DNA of 64,000 bases, taken from the NCBI GenBank assembly GCA_905178155.1, contig CAJINV010000004.1:3125014-3189013 (forward strand), in the 5' to 3' direction. The notes under the pieces were generated by a model, which saw nothing but the letters and a program-made list of their open reading frames with translations, made no database searches and had not been told where the DNA came from. The stretch is from Amoebophrya sp. A120 (lineage: Eukaryota > Protista > Dinoflagellata). The position numbers and the translations under genes are program-made. Shown here in pieces: positions 58,701-64,000 of this stretch; position 1 is the stretch's first letter, and every line of letters begins with the position of its first letter.

Positions 58701-61700
58701 TCATCTTCGCCCAAAACGACTCTCTTCTTGCTCCCGGTCCCGTCATGAAGTAGATGTTGACATAGACATTAGCATGGCGATGAACAGCACCAGGTGCATA
58801 ATTCTTCAGAATGTTGACAATGAGGTCATGATGCGGATGCGGTCCGCATCCGCATCATGACCTCATAATTGTCAACATTGGGTGCTAGTACTGCGAGTGC
58901 GGAGCAGACTTTTTAAGTACATAAATTATACCTCCCCGCCCAAGCAGGCTTCGAGCAGGAAGTAGACGAAGTCTGCGGAGTTGTAGGTGCCGAAAAACTG
59001 GGCCACAAACGGCGAGTTCGTCATGGACAAAATTTTCCTCTCGTTGCAGATCTGGTCGCACATCTGCATGCGCACAATGTACCCCTTCCCGATCGCCTTG
59101 AGCGCGTACACCTGTTTGGTTTTCTTCAACCGTTTATCAAATGTAAAAATGTCTGGATCTGGAAACTTGTGATGCTGTGTGGCATATCATGAGGAGGCCA
59201 CAATTGCTGGCTCAGCATGACAAGTTTCTGAGCTTCTAGGTGTTGCCTATTCTGCATGACAAACTACGTTTCTGCATGACAGAAAAGTGGGGCTCTTTGG
59301 TAATGTGCACGACAGATTTAAGAGTCATGCCAGACAAGCATGACAAACTTGCATTCTTCCAGACCCAGACACTTTTACATTTGATACCGTTGCAGGGTGA
59401 CGGACCCGAACCCGCCGCAGCCGAGCAGGCCGACCTTGTGCAAGTCCGCCATCTTTGGCTTCTCCTGCTGCTGCTGCTTCTGGTCGGCGAGGCTCATGCT
59501 AGACAGTAAACTGCTGGCCTTGTCCCGGTTCGTCTGCACGCGTGACTTTCGCTTGTCGAAACTGGCGTTCCCCTTGTCCTGCAGGATTTCCCTGATGAAG
59601 AAGATGAAAATTTCCTTTTTATCGATCATGATCAGGCCGCCTCCAAACAAAATATTTGTTTCTCAATCTCATCGCAAGAAATATAGTCGCAAAAAAAAAT
59701 TTTGCGATATTCGCATCATCACCCCGCCAGGCGCAGTAGTTGTAATAGTAGAAAGGTATGAGGTCATCACTGTACTTAAGTGGCCCCAGGATCTGTTCGA
59801 AGGTTATGGCGTTCTCAAACGTTACATTCTCAACTGTTGCGTGCTTTCTCATGCAAAATTGCCTTCAGAAGCGACACCATCAAGCTGCTTCGCATGACAA
59901 CTTCTCAGAGCGCCAAATAGGGTGATAATCGGCGCCAAGTCTGTCATGCAAGACGCGCAAGATCGCCCCTATTACTTTTGCCATTCTTGCATCACAAATT
60001 CCTGTAACAGTTGAAAATGTAACAGTTGAGAACGCCATAAAGGTGGATCGCTCCAGGACCAGCAGCGAGACGGAGGAGGATTCCACGACGATGCTGGCAT
60101 TTCGGCACTCGGGGTTCACCAGTGCTTTCTCGCCGAAGTACTGGCAGTGCTCGGGGTCCGCGGACAACGTGTTCACCTTGCCTTCCTTGGCGGTGTGGAT
60201 GCCCACCGTGCCCTGGTACATGATGTAAAACGTGTTGCCCTCTTCTCCCTCCCGCACGATCGTCTGGCCGGACTGGTAGTGCAGCTGCACGAAGCACTCG
60301 CACAGGGCCTCCTTCTCCTCTTTCAATAAGACCTTGAGCAGTTCCGTCTTCTCTACCAGCTTCATGTAAAAATCCTGGCGCTGCTGCGCCTGCTTCCGCA
60401 GGATCTGCTTGAAGTCGTGCCGGTCGATCACGATATGGTGTTCTCAACTGTTACATTCTCCGCCACATAAATTTGTGATGCAAGAATGGCAAAAGTGAAA
60501 AGGGGGACCTTGCGCGTCCTGCATGACAGATTTAGCACAGACTATCAGCCTGCTTGGCCCTTGGATAGTTTGTCATGCGTCGAAGCAGCTTGATCGCGTC
60601 GCTTCTGATGGCAATTTTGCATCACAAATTCATGTAAAAGCTGAGAATATAACAGTTGAGAGCGCCATACACGAACAGCGTTGCGTCGGACATCGCCTGC
60701 ACGGTGGCCGCGCGGGGCGCGTTGTACAACAGTGCCAACTCGCCGAAGGTCCCGCCCGCAGACAGTTCGCCCTGCAGCTGGGCCTCCATGCTGGTCGCAT
60801 TCTCGGTGCTGGTCTGCTTCTCCACCTTCTTGCGCACTTCGAAGGTCCCCGTGGAAACAATGTAAAATCTGATTTTAGCATCAAGGCCAAGAAGATAGAT
60901 ATAGGTACTTGTAAGTATACGAAAAATGATCGCGAGCAGTTGCAGGACGATCACGATATCCAATCGGGTTATAAGCAACCCCCTTTCGTGAAAAAAACAG
61001 AAACACTAAACAAAAAAGCATTCGTGGCATTTTTTATATGTATACCTATCCGCCAACAGAGAGCCTTCCTGCACGACCTCCTCGCCCGACTTCACCTCGA
61101 GCTGGTAGGCCACGGAAATTAGGTCCTGGATCTGGTCATTGGACAGCACCTTCGACAAGTATGACAGTGCACAACTCCCCCTCGTGCTCATTTCTCATGC
61201 AAAATCTCAACTCCAATTGCCTCCCTGCGTCACTATTATGCATGACAAATTTCGGAACAAGCCCAAACAGTAGTACTACATCAGCATCAGGTACATAAAT
61301 TTGTCATGCATAGGCTCCACGTGTGCTGGTGTTTGTATTGCTGTTCAGGCCATACAAATGAGGGGGAGAGGTAGTTGTGCACTCTCATAACAAGTACCTA
61401 TTCGCCAAAAGCGCTTTTCGGATCAGCAGTTCTTCCTTCGGCGTTTTGGTGACGTTCTTCTTCGCCGCGTTATTCGCATCCCCCGCCGCCCCGTTCGTTT
61501 TATTCCCTTGGTCCTGCTGGCCGCCCCCGGCCGCGACGGCGCGACGACGCGGGAAGCGCAGTCGGTCCCGGACACCGAGCTCCTCAAATTTCGCGCGGGT
61601 CAGGCACAGCACGATCAATGTGGCGCAGTTCTGGGCAACCTGGATGTGTAATATTGCGAAAAGTGCAATAGTTAGAAGATGTACATGTTGTTGTAGGCGC

Positions 61701-62418
61701 GCCAGCGAAGAAACAAAGTACTTACTTACTTTGGCAACATAGATTTTTGGTAGGTGCTGCCAGGAAGATTAGTGTGCGTCAACTTGCACCTTCTTCGTCC
61801 TACCTATTTCCTATCTGCCACCTCTGGTGCGTTTCGACGGTAAAATTCATTTCATCAACAAGCATCTTTACCGTAATCGTTGCATTCCTTGGTGTGTCTT
61901 CCAGTAGACTCCCTTCCCCAAAGTAGTCGCCGGGCTTCAAAGTGGCGATTTCCGACCCGTCTTTGCTCACCAAGGCCTGCCCCTGCTTAATCAGAAAAAA
62001 CTCGTCGCCCTCCGTGCCCTCCCGGATCACGGGGTCGCCCTCGCTGTACTCCCTCCGCTCGAGGGCGCCGACGACAATGGGCAGGTCGGCCTTGGATAAC
62101 CGCGAGAATAATGGGACCTGGATTGGTTGACAAATAAAGCTGAAAGAAGCTCCGTTCTTGTGACAAAAGCTGCAAAGAAAAGGCGGGTATACAGAAATGC
62201 GAAAAGACATACAATTCATGTCTTGAAAGATAACGTGTCCCTAGATTAAAACTAAAACAACACTACGTAGGCTTGAAATTTTTCTGGCTTAGATTTTGTA
62301 CATTTTCCAAAAAAGCCAGGTCCTCTTCAAACTGCTTGTTTTTTAGCCGGTCTTGCTGCACCCCGAACTTCGTTGGCTTCTCGTACTTGGCCGAAGAGCT
62401 GCTCTGGCACGCCCCCAT
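55709..62418 (-). CDS. PKG: cGMP-dependent protein kinase, alveolate type: N-terminal MGAC acylation motif, three cNMP-binding domains, AGC kinase domain
   Basis: cNMP motifs DYFGEGSLL..PRNATI, TFGELALLYNAPRAATV, QYFGEKALV..CRNASI. Kinase motifs LGCGGFGSV, YALK, IIYRDLKPEN, TDMGLAK, CGTPDYFAPE. AGC tail PPFKP. Six TIR introners plus GT-AG introns. Confidence 0.92.
56298..56559. mobile_element. TIR introner, family A
   Basis: TSD TGTTT/TGCTT; empty-site copy with a single TGTTT at 57884-57888. Confidence 0.93.
57877..57931 (-). repeat. 55-nt duplicate of the next PKG exon(s), lacking the introner
   Basis: YRKILGGVEKVSFPKQMA is also encoded by 56560-56607 joined to 56286-56292. Confidence 0.9.
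58237..58544. mobile_element. TIR introner, family F
   Basis: TSD TAAAA; join HAKFYSACVV in the kinase domain. Confidence 0.93.
58810..58879. repeat. Near-perfect 70-bp palindrome within GT-AG intron 58604-58931
   Basis: AATGTTGACAATGAGGTCATGATGCGGATGCGG-T-CCGCATCCGCATCATGACCTCATAATTGTCAACATT. Confidence 0.9.
59135..59386. mobile_element. TIR introner, family A
   Basis: TSD CCGTT; join VTLQRLKKTKQVYALK. Confidence 0.94.
59805..60039. mobile_element. TIR introner, family C
   Basis: TSD AAGGT; join ERSTFEQILGPL. Confidence 0.93.
60434..60669. mobile_element. TIR introner, family C
   Basis: TSD CACGA; join TLFVIDRHDF; inverted relative of 59805-60039. Confidence 0.93.
61160..61389. mobile_element. 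TIR introner, family D
   Basis: TSD ACAAG; join NRYLSKVLS. Confidence 0.92.
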
Positions 62419-63304
62419 GGCGACAAGCCGTTCTTTTCGGAATGAAGGAAATCAAATGTTGTGTTTTACTGGTGTTTGTGGGCGGCCGGGGTGGAACTAT
62501 TGTGTTTCTTTTTCTTTCGGGTTTTGGTCGTGTACTTAGTAGACAATGACAATACTCAACTTTTGAAGGGTACTAGGGAAAAAACGAACTTCAACCTTAC
62601 TATCAACTTTTCTCGTCACTGGAGGTAGTACAGGCGTGGAATTTATATCGATTTGAAAATTCATTGAAACAGGAGCACCAGGAGAAGTAAATGAAGCAAA
62701 GGCCAGAACAAGCACCAGAACGCAAGAAACTACAACACTCTCGGAAGAACAATTTCAGAACAAACAATGACACTCTCAGTCCCCTGCTCTCCATTTTTGA
62801 AAAAAGTGAATACAGCTGCAAAAAATCGTGATTCCAGCCACAACAGCAGAAAAAAAGAAACCGAGGCAGGGCACGACTTTTGACATTTGGAAATCAAAAT
62901 CTACTTATTGCAACTTATTTTTCCTCCAAGGTTCTATTTTTCCGTGTCTAGGAATAGATACTGATCTTGCATTCGCTCGAAGGCACATGATTCCCATTTT
63001 TTGTCCACATTGGAGAAAATCTGAAAAAAGAACAGTGGCTTTTGCTGGCGTGTCACCGTCACCAGCAGTACAAGAACTTGCTGTACTTTTCATACTCACG
63101 CTTTCCGAGGAGAAAGAAATCGATGATTGCATTTTTTCCGTAGTCATATAGTCGAATAAGAACATTCATCGCCTCTTTTTTCGTTTTATTTGCTAACCGT
63201 ACTGAGTCCGAGACCGAGTCGCGCAAGCTGCAAAATCCCAAAAAAAATCTTCTTCATCGTGCACTACTTCTAGGTACTTCTAGTTCTACGCAGCTGCATG
63301 ATTC

Positions 63305-64000
63305 TCACTTTATTCTCGAGGAGCCGAGGCTGAAGCTGCCAGTGATGCTTCTGGAATACTGGCTTTTCTGCCGGTTTTTGTGAATGTTCTGCACAATCGA
63401 GGATATTCCCTGTCGGTACAAATCCCGACTGGGGCTGGCATCTTTTTCGCTTTGACTCTGTTCGAAGGGGTGGTGCTTGGAATCGTTTTCGTTGCCTTGC
63501 AGCTTTGCCGATGCCGTCGAAGCAGAAGTAGAAGATATCGTGTGCTGCTGGAGTACAGCATTTTTTACTTCACCTTCCGGCTGCTCCGCAATACCAAAAG
63601 CACTTGGAACATGAACTCCACCTGCCCTTACCGTCGATGAGTTGTCAAGACGACCGAGGTGGAAAAATCTGCTCTCTTCCTCGCTGGTAGTGCAACTAGA
63701 GGATGAGGAAGACGCACTCGAAGATGCTGCTGAAACAGAAACGTGTTGATCTTGATTATGATTTTCTCCTCGCTGGTGCATGAAGATGTCCTCAGTGTCG
63801 TCTAATATGCCGTCTACATCGCGACTGGCAGCTCCTCCACGTCCTCCTGTAGTAGACGCCACTGGTGCATTCTTGCCCTCCACTGTTTCCGCCCCGCCCC
63901 CCGGATCGTCGGGCCGTTTTTTGTTCTTGGCTAAATGCGACCCTGCTGCTGAAATTTCTGCGCGATGACCTTGGAGATGGGCTTCAGATACGTTCGACAC
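63305..64000 (-). CDS. 3' end of a hypothetical Ser-rich protein (5' part outside the window)
   Basis: 231-codon open frame running to the window edge, with composition like the other exons here. Confidence 0.55.
   Translation of the reverse strand: MSNVSEAHLQGHRAEISAAGSHLAKNKKRPDDPGGGAETVEGKNAPVASTTGGRGGAASRDVDGILDDTEDIFMHQRGENHNQDQHVSVSAASSSASSSSSSCTTSEEESRFFHLGRLDNSSTVRAGGVHVPSAFGIAEQPEGEVKNAVLQQHTISSTSASTASAKLQGNENDSKHHPFEQSQSEKDASPSRDLYRQGISSIVQNIHKNRQKSQYSRSITGSFSLGSSRIK

Noticed and set aside
7745-59386. Recurrent TGTCTGGGTCTGGAA repeats as a CRISPR array or as a repeated peptide (KMSGSGR, FQTQTFLHLI in many ORFs)
   Set aside because: The repeats are dispersed inverted pairs, not direct repeats with spacers, and there are no cas genes. 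The peptides are translations of family A TIRs.
1-64000. Dinoflagellate spliced-leader relic, rRNA/tRNA genes, autonomous transposase
   Set aside because: None seen by eye; absence was not computationally verified.

Overview
Eukaryotic genomic DNA with about 11 intron-containing protein genes plus one duplicated gene 3' end, all on the minus strand. Recognisable genes: a soluble-type adenylyl cyclase (<1-9141), 2-methylisocitrate lyase (17686-19271), a mitochondrial carrier (40000-41660), a U-box protein (~43582-53350) and an alveolate-type cGMP-dependent protein kinase (55709-62418); the rest are hypothetical. The dominant feature is about 44 short non-autonomous elements (mostly 115-350 bp; two of 1.1-1.5 kb) in about 10 families. 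Nearly all are bounded by TAT...ATA terminal inverted repeats (TIRs) and flanked by a 5-bp direct repeat (TSD) with no sequence consensus. All but one sit in coding exons, without GT-AG ends. Deleting the element plus one TSD copy gave an open, joinable frame at every exonic junction I translated by hand, including inside conserved kinase, cyclase and lyase motifs. They therefore behave as transposon-derived non-canonical introns (introners). This matches what I recall being described for the parasitic dinoflagellate Amoebophrya (A120-like TAT-N7-AAA ends); the organism call is inference. The window adds mechanistic clues: the same element occurs in both orientations, five filled/empty site pairs show the 5-bp TSD directly, all short families share an internal GCATNACAA motif, one TSD mismatch constrains the junction, and no intact copies were seen in intergenic DNA. 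Ordinary GT-AG introns coexist. Coordinates were read by hand and may be off by a few bases; there are no RNA data.
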